Below are positions 21,850 through 35,999 of a stretch of DNA of 64,000 nt, in pieces. The notes beneath the pieces were generated by a model. The model made no database searches and was not told the origin of the DNA. It saw only the letters and a program-made list of their open reading frames with translations. Each line of letters begins with the position of its first letter. Position 1 is the first letter of the stretch. The DNA is taken from the NCBI RefSeq assembly GCF_000143415.4, contig NW_003314261.1, positions 5,110,360-5,174,359 of the forward strand. The letters are read 5' to 3'. The position numbers and the translations under genes were made by a program. Origin of the DNA: Selaginella moellendorffii (lineage: Eukaryota > Plantae > Lycopodiophyta).

Positions 21850-24409
21850 ATGGATTGTGCTGTCTCAGGGGCGATCCATTTGCAAAGATTCCCAGTCTGC
21901 GTGAATCGCTCGCGGCGCCACTCGTCCGGCGTGCAATGCGGCTTCGATCTTGCCAAGCTCCGCCAGTCGCAGCAGCAACAGCGAGTTCTTTCTCCTCTCC
22001 AGCGCCATCTCTGCTCGAGAATCGTCCGGCATTGCACCGTCGAGCAGCCAGAGGCGCCCCCGGCGGAGCGCGAGCAGCAATCCGTGCCCTGGACGCCTAA
22101 AGAAGCCGTGAAGTTCTATGTCTCTGGAGAGGGCGTGCTTGAGGCGCCAAAAGAGATAGTGCTCACCAATGTCGACATCAGCAAGACGTCACTGGCAGCC
22201 ACCATTGTTGAAGAAGTGGAAGGAAAGGAGATTCTGGTAGATGGCGATGCGGCGGATGTTAGCATTAGCGAGGAGCCCAACATGTTTGAGCAAGTACGTC
22301 AGATATTCGCTTTCGCCGGCCCGGCTCTCGGCATCTGGTTGTCCGGACCGATTATGAGTCTCATCGATACGAGTGTTGTGGGAACCACTAGCTCTTTGCA
22401 ATTGGCCGCCCTTGGTAAGAAGATTGATTTTGGATTCCTCTAGAACTAAAGTTTCTTTGTGGTTTACTTCCTTCCAGGACCTGGAACTGTGATGTGCGAT
22501 GGACTCTCGTATGTTTTCATGTTCTTGTCCGTTGCTACATCCAACTTGATTGCAACCTCGCTTGCAAACAAGGTAAGAGCGATTGGTGTTACTACGCGTT
22601 CTGATCTGTGGTTTGGAATTTCGTGTAGGACGAGAAAGAAGCAGCAAACCATTTGGCTAGGCTCTTGTTTGTAGCTTTCGGCTGTGGCATGGCTATGCTC
22701 GCGGCTATTAGATTCTCTTCTAGTTCCATGCTCCAAGGTGAGGTCTGGCAATGTATTGGCTGTGATTGATTCAAGATTTTTTCCTTTCAGCTTTTGTTGG
22801 AGCCAAAAACTCTGGGATCGTCCCAGCCGCGGCAACGTACGTGAATGTAAGCTGAATAAATTTAAGTTTTTCGTGGTGTAGTGGTTTTGATATATGTCTC
22901 TTTGGGACAATTTCAGATTAGAGCGTGGGCATGGCCAGCGGTTCTTGTCACCATGGTTGCTCAAAGTGCAAGGTCTGTCTTTTGGCTTCCTTTGTATGCT
23001 GTTACTGTTATCTCACTTTCTTTTATACCACAGCTTGGGGATGCAGGATTCATGGAGTCCCTTGAAAGTTTTGCTCGTCGCGAGTCTTGTAAATGCTTTT
23101 GGAGATATTCTACTTTGTACATTTCTAGGATATGGAATTGCTGGTGCTGCCTGGGCAACGGCACTATCACAGGTATGAATATGAGTCTACTTGATCGTTA
23201 ACTCAAGCTTCAAGCATGCAGTATGTTGCGGGAATTTTGATGTTAACTTCTTTAAAAGCGAAAGGATACAATCCTCTGGCGATCGTTGTACCCAGCTTCA
23301 AAGACATCCTGCAGATGATCGAAATAGCTGCACCAGTTCTTATGACCATGTTGTCAAAGGTACATCATCGTATATCGTCTTCTATCCTTGGAAGCTCAAT
23401 TTATCTTGTTTACAGATATGTTTTTACACAACAATTACATATTTCGCGACTTCGCTTGGGCCACTCACTTTAGGAGCCCATCAGGTTCAACAGTAAAAAC
23501 CAGTTCTTTAACTTAAAAATGTCTTGATTTGCCAGGTGATGATTGGGATCTTCACATTGTTTTCAGTATGTGGAGAGCCTTTGGCCCAAACAGCTCAGTC
23601 CTTTATGCCAGAGCTTATTAGCGGAAAAACCCGCAACTTCGAGCAGGTGAGCCAAGCAAAACGATAAAAGTAAACCTGGCTCGATCATCTTTTTACAGGC
23701 ACGAACGTTGCTCAAAACACTTCTCTATACGGGTGCGATTTTAGGATTCTCTTTAGCGAGCATTGGCGTCGCGGTTCCTTTTCTTGTGCCGCAGCTTTTT
23801 ACGAACGATTCAGCAATCGTAGCACAGGTTGAGATGACACAATGCAGCGCTGATCACGTGTCCGTGCTGACACCACCCTGTCTCGTCTGTTCGCAGATGC
23901 ATTCGGTAGCGTTCCCATTTTTCTGGAGCATTGTTTTAACACCACCTGCACTGTCGCTGGAAGGGACACTTTTGGTAAGATAGTCAAACAAACAAACCTT
24001 GGCTCGTTTACCACGTTCCTGGTAACTGACGAATTGCGTCGGCTTGTATGTAGGCCGGACGAGATTTAGGATTCCTGGGCCTGAGCATGACATCTTGCTT
24101 TGTCTGTGGAAGCCTGCTAATGAAGGTAAGCATGCGCTTTCAATCGGTACTATTTTCTAAGCCCCACAATCTCGCGGCCACTTAAAAACCAGATCTTCCA
24201 CAAGCTTGGATTGGGACTCAACAGCTGCTGGTGGACGCTCGTGCTTTTCCAATCGGTACTATTCCCTCGCACGCAACAGATTCACCATTGATACTTATTT
24301 TTTCTCCTCGTCGTTTTGCTTCTTCCAGGCCCGACTGACGGCCTCGTATACGCGACTGCATTCCTCCAAAAGCATTCTAAAGGAGTGTGCCCCCGCTGCC
24401 ACAAGCTAG
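21850..24409 (+). CDS. Plastid MATE transporter, EDS5/DTX46-like (multi-exon)
   Basis: [82 protein letters not shown]. Confidence 0.9.
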
Positions 24410-25080
24410 ATGCTCTCCACCATTCTTTTTTCCCTCGTTTCTCGCTTTACAGCCTTGAAATGCCAAAGGACAAACCCCAGGAATCCCTCCAGTACAATGC
24501 CAAAGGCCACAGCTCGCCATCACGATTTGCTATGCTACCAACAATCTAAAGCAAAGACAAAGACCAAGTGCTTGTACCATAAATCATTATCCCAACCTTT
24601 TGAAATACGAATACGATCTTTGTACGGTCGTCAAGATTATGCTATATGTACAGCTATTTGTACGGTCGTTAAGACGTACAGCTTTCTTGTACGGTTAAAA
24701 GCTTAAAGTTAAAGCGAGTCGAACTCGAGTCGATTGAGTTTACTGGACATTCCGTCGCGGAATTTGCCGTCTTCTTTTTTGGCCCTAATTTCGGATACCC
24801 AGCAGAACGCCCCACGCTAACGAACTTGGGCGATCTATCGGTGAGTTGCCACTACCCCCCCTTTTATGATTTAAATTCCCCCAGCGCTAGGGCTGGGAGA
24901 GAGCCAGCGCTACGTAGCTAGGGTTTTAGAGGGCGGCCATGGCGCTGTGGCGCCGACGGCCGCTATCGGATCGCGGCATTGCTTGCAGCGAGCTGGATTT
25001 TGCAGGCGCGAGCGTTTCCGGCGCGGGAGCTATCCTGATTCGTGATATTTCGCGGTGCGCAGGCTCGTCTTCGTTTTCTC

Positions 25081-26916
25081 ATGGACAGCGTGCGCACGCG
25101 GAGCCGGGGCAAGCAGCAGAAGAAGCGGGAGGGATCGTGGCGGACTGCGGCCAACGATGAGACCGACGTGGAAGAGGACGACGAGGAGAGATCGGTGCCA
25201 GTGGTGAGCGGCGAGAACAAGAGGAAGCGGGCTCCCCGGAGCGGAGGTAGGGTGGTGAAGCTGAGGACGCTGTCACGGTACGATGGAGCTAGTGAGGTTT
25301 CTGGGAGCACAGAGGACACCAAAGTGGAGTCTGCCGAGCATGCCGATGCTACGAGTGGGAAGGATACGGATTCACAGGTCGGGAAGAGGCGTGAGAGCTC
25401 TCGAGTCAGGATCAAGACTTTTAAAGTTCGAGAAAATGCCGAGGCAAAGGCGGAAGCTAAGCCCGGAAGGTTGAAGGTGGAGAAGAAAGAAAGCAAGGAA
25501 GTCACGAAGGAGAAGGAGGCAAGCAGCGTGCAGAAAAAAGTTGACGAGCCGAAGAAAACTCCGGAGATTCCCCAAAGGCCACTGAAAGTACATCTTACGT
25601 TCTCGGATGCGAAGAGAAAGCCTGCAGGTTCTGCGATAGAACCTCCGCAGGCTCCGACTCAAAAGGCAGCTGTGGTAAAGACCCCCAGCAGTACGCCGTC
25701 TTTGAGTTCGCCGGTACAATCTCCTCCAATTGACTCAACTCCTACTCCACAATCTCCGCCAAGCGAGCTACGTGACGACGAGGTAGAAACTTCTCTAAAG
25801 GTATGTGCTTCATTTACTTTTCTTGGGACATGATGCATAACAAGGCTGGCTAGCAGATCATCAGGAAACTCATGAAAATGGACTCGGCACATCCTTTTAA
25901 CAGACCTGTTGACCCCGTAGGCCAAGGTGTCCCGGTAAGTTAAGCTTACTATCATCTCGTTTTCATCTTGATGTTACTATTTCAAATTCTTTTTATAGGA
26001 TTACCTTGACATAATTGACACCCCGATGGACTTCGGTACCATATGCGAAAATCTAGAGAAACGTCAGAAGTATAGAAACGCGTCGGATGTTTACCGAGAC
26101 ATTCAACAAATCTGGACGAACTGCCGAAAGTATAACCACAAAGGAGATCCTATCTTGGACCTGATGAAGAAAGTCCAGAAGGCATGCAGCAAGTATTGGA
26201 CAGCCAACGGTGTTCTTCGGGATCCAAAGAAGTCAAAGACAGGTAAGCAAACGTTTGGGAAATAGTAGGAACGTCTAACTCAATGCGTATTTACAGCGGA
26301 CAATGCGGCAGAAAAACCATCCGAAATTTTTGTTGCTAAGACAACATCGGCACACATTCCACAGAAACCTGCTGCCGGGTAAATTGCTCTTTCTTTTCAC
26401 TAGAGATGAACCAGTAATTCACGCTTTGCACAGGACTAGTAATCATAAATCAACGTGTGAGTGTGCTGTCTGCATGAATGTCCGGCGCAGGACCGCAAGA
26501 GAGAGGAGAGCCGTAGGTTTGGGATCTGCGCGAGCCGTGAAGCGTCAAATCGCGAAAATGAAAGGCAAACAGGTACTTGCCTACTACATTTCCTCACTTG
26601 ACTTGTCTCGTTCTTTCCAGGACCTCAATGACTTAGAGCTGGAAGAACTAGCGCAGTTAGAAGAGGTTTACCTTGATCAAGTGGTAGTATTTTTCCATTG
26701 TTTTCTTTCTAGATAAGTGACGTCTATCTCTTTGTCCAGGAGGAGGAGGACCAATTTTACCCCGCGAGCTACCAGATTCCCCTCCGAGCTGTGAATCCTC
26801 TAGTGCTGTCGATGGGCCAGGCGCTGTTTAGCTGCAATCTAAAGAAGAAGACCTATCCACTAGCGAACCCGTTCGAAAACTTGGTCTCGGCCTACGCAGG
26901 ATGTAAGCAAAACTAA
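25081..26916 (+). CDS. Bromodomain-containing protein
   Basis: IIRKLMKMDSAHPFNRPVDPV..DYLDIIDTPMDFGTI..IWTNCRKYN; HKSTCECAVC motif downstream. Confidence 0.85.
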
Positions 26917-27060
26917 AATTCTCTTCATTCATTGTCTTCAAGCTCGGGAGACTGTACCATACCAAAGAGAAAAATTCGCAATCAAACCATTTTATACATT
27001 TGACGCAAACCAGGTACTTTTACAAGTTCTCTAGAGTTTCTAAAGCCATAGCTTACGAGC

Positions 27061-30000
27061 TTAGATAGAGACGCTGTTCGGAATCCCGCGAGCAGTGATT
27101 CCGGGCCCAGAGGTCGGTAACAGGAGCTCGTACGCTGGAACTCCAGCTCCATGCCTGTGCATCAGCTTGGGGTCGTTGTTCCTCTTTTCGATGATCTCCT
27201 GGACCTCGGCTATCCTCTCCTCGAACTCGTTCGACCCCTCGAGGACCCTCTCGTCGCCGGTCCAGTACTTTTGGACGCGCTGGCCGAGATACTCCTCGTC
27301 AGGGTGGTGCGTGGAGAGGAGCTCCAGCACCGCCATGACCGTGGTGGCCTGGGTCTGGTTTGGGAGCGTCGCGAGCAGGAAGCCTTGCGGGTTTTGGAGG
27401 AGCTCCTTGTACTCGGGGTCGTCCTTCTCGGGTATGAGCTTCCTGGTCAGGCTGGGGAGATTGAGGACGTAGCCCGAGTAGAGGAACTGGCCAAAGTTGA
27501 CGGCAGCGTGGTGCCCGGACGCCACCCACATTATCGACGTGAGAATCTCGACGAGGTCCTGCTTGTTGTTGAGGCTCGGCCAGCCTTCGGCTTTGTCGGG
27601 GTGGCCTTTGGTTTTGATCTCGTTCCACCATGCCTGGAGCTCCGTGTCGCTGGTGATGGAGTCCGGGGAGTCATAGTAGACGGATAAGTAGCTCGTCACC
27701 CAGGACTTGAGAGCCGACCATACGAGGAGCCCGTCGGCGGCGTATGGGTAGTCTTCTAGGACGAGCCTCAATCCATCTGGAGAGTTTTTATCTTCGACAG
27801 CCATGCCTCTGGACAAAATCACAAGTAAAAGTTTTAGAACTAAATCTCTAGACAAACTGTGGAAGAAAGAAAGAACTAGTAAGGAGAGGGGAGTTTGAAG
27901 CGAGACTTGCCTCTCTAGAAGGTCGGCTGGGAGGCCTTGCTTGTCGAATCGCCACTTTTCGTAGCCGGCGGCGCTCAGCTCGAGGATGAATTTTCCTGGC
28001 GTGAAGCACTGTTCGATCACGCCCCCGGCGCTGATGAGCGTCTGCCGAGCCGTGGCGTTGATTTGCATTGTGTATCGCAGGTGTGGATCGAGGAGCTTGG
28101 CGACGGGGTGCATGGCGCTCAGCTGGCGATTCGTCGCGATCACGTAAGGCTCGATGCATGCATGAGTTTGGAGCCTGAAAAAACATGGAAGTGATTTTGC
28201 TAGATAAAGAGAACTCTGACTTACCAGTGAGATACAACTTGATGGTATGCCGAGTGATTGGATCGAACGTGTGTCTTGCAAAGCTGCCAGATCCAAAACC
28301 CAGTCGCATCTTTGGTTGGATAGAACGCTCTCTTGGAACCATTTGGTTTGTCTTTCGAGACTGGCAGGCATAGTTCAATTCCCACTGGCATTAGCAAGTT
28401 TGCTGAATCCAAGTAGAGAATTGTGCGTGTTGCATAGTTCTTCCGTCCTTTCAAAGAGTTGATTCTGTTGATGAGTGGCATGAAAACGTCGTGATAGTCG
28501 ATAATAAACAGCTTCTCCGCTTTTATCGCCTGTAAAACATGGAATGCATCACTCCTTGACTTAGTGTATATTATGTGCCAAACCTCTTCCACCGTCAATC
28601 CTTCGAGGTGTTTCTCGAGCTCTGCTGCTTCGAATGCTGATCCTAGCGTTCCACAGATCCCAGTATCCATCGAGCTGGTCGGAGGAAAGGCCTGCACAAA
28701 CGTGCTGATGGATATCTTTGTATTTCAAATGAGACTACCTTGAGCCGCTCAATCATTAGCGGATTCAAACCAGCAAGCACTTGCCGGCCGAACTCAGAGT
28801 CACGGGTCCAAGCGTATTTATCCTCTGCATGGTCAGGCTTAGCATACATTCAGAAAATCGAAAATAAAACCACTTACTTGCGAGCAAAGGAGGTAGCGGA
28901 TACTTGATAGCATTTGAAATTTTATCAGCATTGATAAGCTGCCTGATTTGCTCCGGGACTATATCCCAGAAAGTACGATCATTTTCCGCCAGTTCAGTTT
29001 GAAGCCGAATGCCTTCGTAAAAGAGGCGATCGATATCAGTCAGGGTGTCAAACTCATCTGGAGTGGCAGTGAAGTGCGTGATAATGGTTGGAACGAGACG
29101 GTGAACAATGGCTCTAAGACGTCCAGAAGAAAATGCTTCAGTTTTCACCTGCTCAAAGTCCTCGTCGCGAGGGACATAATTCTTGCTTGTCACGGCTAAC
29201 CTGACCTCTGCACGAGGATCTGATACGTGCCCGACAAGATTAGTCGACGAACTTAGAAGCTTGGAGAAAGGATTACCTGACTTGGTTGGAGGGCGACCTG
29301 TTCGGCATCTTCTTGGATATGGCACCGCGCCACCTGCAACAGGTCTAGCCAGCTTCTTTTCTTTATCCGGATTTCCAAGGTCGTTATATACGTCGTAGTC
29401 GTAGATCCTTTCCCACGGTTTACGCATGTCCGTGCCATCTCCTTGTAATGTTTTGAGTTCAGAGGCACGAATATCTTTGAGTCCCCGAGGAGTAGAAGAA
29501 GGAAGATAAGCCTATCGCGAAAGCCGCATTAGCATTTTAGAAAAAGTAATTTCCAGGCAGTACCTCGTTGGAGAAGAACACTCGTTGAGACACCTCGTTT
29601 TCCTGAGAATGAACCCAGGAGTAGCATGAAAATGAAATCAATCCAGTCTTCAGGCCCTGGAGAGAGATCGTCTCGAGGAAAAACTCTGCCTTATGTCTGT
29701 TTGCAACGAGAATGGCCCCTGGTTTCCCAAACTGGTCCTCAATTATGAATTCACCAGCATATTCAACCGTGTGTTCTCCTGTAGAAACCTTCCGAAGTGT
29801 CGTGTTCTTGCTTCTTCTTCCAAGGCCGCTACCTGTCAAGAACCGCACTACATTATAGCCTGAGCTAAAAGTCAAAAACTTACTCGGATCCACTTCAGTA
29901 CTAACGAGCTGCAGAACAATATCCTCGCCGAGGGGGTCTTGGACAAAGAAGTCCAATCCCTTGCGAAAGATGTCCGTAACTTTGTTGTCAGGCCGCTTCT

Positions 30001-30256
30001 TGATGGTAACAATTGCTCTGAGAGTCACCGGCTTGCTGCGGGAGACTCGGTCTGCAACAGCTTGCTCAGCAACATCTGCACTCTTCAAAGTGTTCTTGAC
30101 AGGCACTACCCCTCTCGTTAGCCTCAGAGAAGGAAGATTAGATCTGGACCGAGTCTTTGCAGAGAAAGCAAACTCAGAGTGATCCCCGCAAAGGGTCTCC
30201 TTGCTACTCGGCAGATAACTAGCAGAAATCGAACCCGTCAGTGCCAAAGACGCCAT
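27061..30256 (-). CDS. LOX: Lipoxygenase, 13-LOX type with transit peptide and PLAT domain
   Basis: RIYDYDVYNDLGNPD, YPRRCRTGR, HQVVSHW.THA..EP, ASGHHAAVNFGQ, C-terminal GIPNSVSI. Confidence 0.95.
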
Positions 30257-30533
30257 TACAATCTAGGGAGGACGCACTTCTAGTCCTATTAAACCAAACG
30301 CATTGTAGCTGAAGGAGACTCTTATCGCTACACCAGCAGCCAAAGGCGAATGGCACTCACCTAGTACGAGTAGCCGACATGTACATCCACGTGGAAATTG
30401 TTTCCTTTGTTTTGTTCTTGCGGTCAAAACCGCAAAGTCATTGTTTTTGAGCTGTCTGTAAAAATCCTTCAGACTCCATACATTCAATGCGGACATTGAG
30501 AAGATTAACTGTGAAATTGTGCCTATGTCACAC

Positions 30534-32798
30534 TCACAGTGCAGACTGCTGTCCTCCAGCTACAAGCTCTTCCACTTTTGGAGACGCTCTAATGATACCT
30601 CTGGTAATGTATGCTTGATTGTTTTCTTCGATGCTTTCTACCCTGGAAGGAAACAAGAATAAGTGCGTTGACTTGCTTGCTCATGTTACACACCTGTAAA
30701 GATAGTTAACCATCATCCCTGCACTCTCTTTGAGCCCTTTCTTGGATTTATTGCCCATCCAGTTCAAACGTTCCATACTCTGTAGAATTCACGCGAAGCT
30801 TCAGAATGAAAAACCGTGGACTTCACTTACAGCCCCATTGCGTAGATGGAAGTTTGCTACCGGATCCAATGCCTTTCCACGTTTCTTTTCAAGTAGAAGA
30901 TATCTGCCCAAAGGAGTTGGTCAAAACCATCAGGAAAAACTAGTCTCATACCTTGCACATAATCTCATGAGAGGCACCTTAAGAACTGCTGATAGTTGTT
31001 CGGACTCGCCCCACTGAGGATCAGATGCTCCCAAAATTCTATACATTATTGACTCGCCGCTCGTATCATCGTCTCTGTCAGGACTGTTGTAATTGCTATT
31101 ACAGTAAAAAACCTTCGAACTTATGTTACCCGCAGGCGTCTTTCAAAGCTTTTTCTTCGTGAGCCAAAAGCAACTTCTCTTTGAAGGTCCTCTGCTCATT
31201 TCCTTCGAAACAGAACGACGCGAGTTTAGGAAGCAGCCATTTCAGAAAGAACGGTATTGGGCTTAAAGTTGAGAAAGTCTGAAACAAAAGTTGTGAGCAC
31301 AATAGCATACAGGGTTTACTATACCTTAATTTGAGGCATATCTTGCTGCAGTAAGCGGAGCACCCGTTTGATAAGGAAGTTTCCCAAATCTATACCTGAC
31401 AAGCCTGCCTGTGTATTTAGCTTTATCAAAAGGAAACTATACACAGAGCAAAAAATGTAGAACCTGAGTCGACGAAATAGCATAAAAGATCGCATGTGTC
31501 GCATCTTCTTCGGAAATAGGTGGCTTGTCAAACAATACTTCCTTCAGAACATGAAGAAACGTTATAAGCTTCCGCAAAAAGCAAGACAACGAACCCATAC
31601 CTGAATGGAATTACTAATGGTGTCCGTGAGGGCGACTTCTATGAACACAAGCGGTTCCCCTAAGAAAAACAAGTCGCACTACTTAGCTCCCCTGTATAGA
31701 CATTTACCTGGCATAGCAGGATGGAAATAACCAAAACACCGACGACCAATGCCTAATCGTCGCTTAAGATCGTACAAATTACTGATAGGATGCACAGCCT
31801 GCATAAAAACAAGACTCGACAATCAATGTCTTCTCAACCACCAGAAAACTACCTCATATCGGACAATCTTTTCAAGCAATGAAGCTGCGTCATTCCAAGT
31901 AACCTGGTGAAGTTCCAGACACGCAGGACTTAACCACGTTGAAAATAGCGCTCGCAGCTCGAGATCGAGAGCTCTCAGCGCTGGAAGGTTGTCATCACTG
32001 CAAACACCACTGGTTCAAGTGGCCAAGTGAGAAAACAAAAGATACCGTAAAGCAGAAAGCAGATCAGCACGTAGGTCCACCAAAAACTTCAAGCCACCGG
32101 CTTGGCCATTCATCTGCTCAAACAATCTCACCGATAGCGGCATCAAGGAAGCTCTCAGATCCCGTTCTGTTCGAAACTGGGCTGCTTCGAGAGGATTTTC
32201 TCCGTCACCAGCTTTGCTTTTCTCATCTGAAAGATAGAGGAGAACATTACACAAAAACTAGCCTTTCGTACCATCGTGCAAGCTAAGATAATGCTGGATG
32301 AGATCCTTCACTCTTTTCTTGTCAACTCCGAATTCCGTGGAGAGTATCTTGAGGGCCCTTTGCCGATTATCCCAATCCAAGCGTTCATACTCCTAGAAAT
32401 GCTGAGTGCTGGCAAACTTAGACCCAGATCAATCAAAGTATAGCGTACTACCTCTCGGAGCTGGACGAGGCTCTTATCCGGCATGTCGGGATTTTGCAAA
32501 TGGATCGCATCGTGCATAAGCTTTTGCACGCGCTTGAGGATTCTATACTGGTTTTAGCTATAGGTTTTCCTTTTGTAACGACAATCTCTTACCTCTTCGA
32601 CAGCTCGGTGTCTTCGATCAGCGAGACATTCTTGGAGGCGCTTGGATTCTCGGCCCGAGGGATCGATTGCTTCATAATACCTTCTGGCTGAGAGAATCCC
32701 GTGGATCTGAGCTCGCAGGAATGGAAAATCAAAGAAAACTCACGATTTTGCCCTCGTCGCGATGGCGCACTAGGTACCTCGCTACTACTCGCCGCCAC
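30534..32798 (-). CDS. MCD: Malonyl-CoA decarboxylase (multi-exon)
   Basis: GGLKFLVDLRADLL, EAVHPISNLYDLKRRLGIGRRCFGYFHP, GLSGIDLGNFLIKRV, TLSPIP, DPVANFHLRNGA. Confidence 0.92.
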
Positions 32799-33073
32799 AT
32801 TTCAAAACAACCTAGCTCGATAAAGCCGTACAAGTGGCGCACAATTTCGTGCCATTTGGTAGTTCGTGTCGTACCTCTATTGGGCCATATGGGTCACTGC
32901 CAGCTCGAGGCCATGGTGGTGGAGGCGCCACACGCTAGGGCAGCTGTGAAGGCCAGGGTTTCGCGCGTTGCGCGCCTCGACGATCCGGAGGAGCTACATT
33001 CTAGGATCCTTTAGTTTCTCGTTTCGATCGATTCTTCTCCAAATCGATCGCTCGGCGGCAGGGGCTCTGAAAT

Positions 33074-34883
33074 ATGCATCCGCGGCAGCAGATCCGCTCG
33101 GCCAGGCCGGTGACTTGCCATTCTCTGGCGCAGTCGGGCGATATCGATGGATTGCGCGTATTGCTTCACCAAAATCCGTCATTGATCAACTCGCGAAACC
33201 CTGTGGTGAGTTCCTCGAGTGATTTCCCTCTTTCTCGGCTCTAGCAATGGATTGTCTGAAATCTTCTCTTCTACGGCAGATGTCCCAGACCCCTTTGCAA
33301 ATGGCAGCTGCCAGCAACCAGGATGATGCCGTGAGGTTCTTGCTCGAATGGAATGGACCGGAGAGAGCCGATCTCGAGGCTACGAACATGGTACGTATGC
33401 TTTACTGTCATTTGTCTACTTCAGTTTTTAGTCGCTCTCTCGCAGTATGGAGAGACTGCGCTGCATCTAGCAGCGAAGAATGGCTCCACCGACGCTTTGA
33501 AAGTACTCTTGAAGCACAACGCTCGCAAAGAAGCCAAGGCTCTGGTAAGTTTCTATGCCTCCTCCAATGTTTACGTAGACTCAATGCTTCTTTTTTTTCA
33601 GAATGGAATGACGCCTTTGCACTTGGCTGTCTGGTCTTCCGTGAGAGCGCAAGACTGTAAAGCAGTCGAGGTGCTCCTGGAGCACAACGCTGATGTATCT
33701 CTGGAGGACAACGTATGCAATTTGTTCTTTTTCTTTCCCTGATCGTACTCAAGTTGTGAACAGGAGAAGCTCACTCCGCTAAGCCACCTTCCGAAGAGCT
33801 CGGGAAACGAGAAGCTGCAGGAAATGCTGGAGCGCCAGCTCGATCTACAGAGGAGGCAGAAAGCGGAAAAAGCGTTGTCGGGCTCAAAGCTGAAGATGCT
33901 GGAGCTGGAGAAAGAACTTGAGAAAATTGTCGGTCTAGACGACCTCAAGCTCCAGCTTCGCAAGTGGGCTAAAGGAATGCTCCTGGACGAGAAACGACGA
34001 AGCCTTGGCTTGAACGTTCCCAAAAGAAAGCTGCCTCACATGGCATTCCTTGGCAATCCCGGTACAGGTATGCAGCCATGCTTTTTTTGTAGAGTTCTAT
34101 GCTCATCAGAAGTTCTGACCGTCGTGAATAGGGAAAACCATGATTGCGCGTTTGCTAGCCAAACTCTTACACATGGTTGGCGTCTTGGAATGCGATAAAG
34201 TTGTTGAGGTCCAGCGAACTGATCTGGTTGGCGAGTTCGTCGGTCACACGGGCCCAAAAACAAGGAAAAGAGTAAGCATCTATCTCTACGTAGAACGCCT
34301 TCTAATGTTTCTGTCTCTCTTTTTTCTTGTTCAGATCAGAGAAGCTGAAGGAGGCATTCTCTTCGTGGACGAGGCCTACAGACTGATACCAGCGCAGAAA
34401 GCAGATGACAAAGACTACGGAGTTGAGGCGCTGGAGGAGATCATGTCAGTCATGGACAGTGGCAAGGTAGTGGTGATCTTTGCTGGCTACGCAGAGCCCA
34501 TGAAGCGGGTCATCGCAAGCAACGAAGGCTTCTGCCGGAGGGTGACCAGGTTCTTCCACTTCCCCGACTTCAGCACAGAGGAGCTGGCAGAGATGATCCA
34601 CCTCAAGCTCAAAGAGCAACACGAAGACTCGCCAACCTTCGGCCTCAAGCTCGAACCGGGATGCACTGCAGGAGCCATTGCGGAGCTCCTGGACCGCAAG
34701 ACAACAGAGAAGCAGCGCAGCGAGATGAATGGTGGCCTCGTCTGGCCGCTGCTCGCCAACGCCAAAGACCACCTCGACTACAGACTAGACCTGGACTGCT
34801 GCGATTCGGACGAGCTCGTGTCCATCACTGTCGAGGACCTCGAAGCCGGTTTGGAGCTCATTCCCAGGCAGCAGTCACTCTAG
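33074..34883 (+). CDS. Ankyrin-repeat / CbxX-CfxQ family AAA+ ATPase
   Basis: Ankyrin TPLQMAA, YGETALHLAAKNG, TPLHLAV; Walker A GNPGTGKT; ILFVDEAY; VVIFAGY. Confidence 0.92.
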
Positions 34884-35066
34884 AGAACCAATCATCCATT
34901 CATTCATCGATCGACGTACATTTTCGACGCTATAGATAGCTACACGACAGCAGTATTCTTTCGTCACGGACGGCCATCGACTCGCCACGTGTTTTCGACC
35001 GGAGCCACTAGACTGAGGATATTTCTCGTGTGCCGGGCGTGTGGCTTCCAGGTTCCAACAACAACA

Positions 35067-35476
35067 ATGGTGGGGGGTGGCATTCTCGGTACCGGATTTC
35101 AGCTAGCAGTGGTACCAGCAGCAGTGAGAACTCCTCTTGCATCGTCGAGGAGCGTGAGAGTGCGTGCTCAGGTCCAGGAGGGAGAAGCATCATCGGTGGT
35201 GCTCAATCCCTCTATCCGAAAAGACGTGGAGAAAGTGGTCGACACAGTGGTGGTGGGAGAGATCTCCAAGCCGGTGACAGCATACTGCAGGTGAGTAACG
35301 CTTTTCACTTCCTAGTTTCCATCTAGAGATTGTATTGGTGACTACATCTAACTGGAATGGCTTTTACTTCCAACAGGTGTTGGAGATCTGGAACATTTCC
35401 TCTGTGTGATGGGTCTCACATGAAGCACAACAAAGCCACTGGTGACAATGTTGGGCCACTCTTGCTCAAGAAATAG
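35067..35476 (+). CDS. NEET: CDGSH iron-sulfur protein NEET
   Basis: YCR|[28 protein letters not shown]. Confidence 0.95.
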
Positions 35477-35721
35477 AATATTCTTTGGTTGGTCTATTCT
35501 GTCTCTTTTTAGAGTGAAATAAACCTCTGGATGATATTATTCTTTGTATATTCTTTTTAGTTTAGATTTAATATTAATTTGAAGGTAATTATTATTTTCT
35601 CTATGTTTGAGATTTTTATTTTAAATAATTATATTACAAATATATGAGCTGTGAGTATATGAAATACAGATATATAAGATTTTGATAGTTATTGAATTGA
35701 TTTCAATTAGAATTACTTCCT

Positions 35722-35821
35722 NNNNNNNNNNNNNNNNNNNNNNNNNNNNNNNNNNNNNNNNNNNNNNNNNNNNNNNNNNNNNNNNNNNNNNNNNNNNNNN
35801 NNNNNNNNNNNNNNNNNNNNN
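35722..35821. other. Assembly gap (100 N)
   Basis: N run. Confidence 1.
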
Positions 35822-35999
35822 CAATAACTATCAAAATCTTAATAATAATATACAGTATCATAACTATACATTTAACGTCTCTTCTCAAAGGATAAAAAAA
35901 AGAAGTTAGGCTCTCTTGATATCAGAAGGAGGCACTAATAAATTTGTAAATAGTGTATAATTATTTATAATCCTTTTATATGAAACACTTCAACTGTTA

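Noticed and set aside
35621-35909. ORFs spanning the N run
   Set aside because: Artefacts of the assembly gap.
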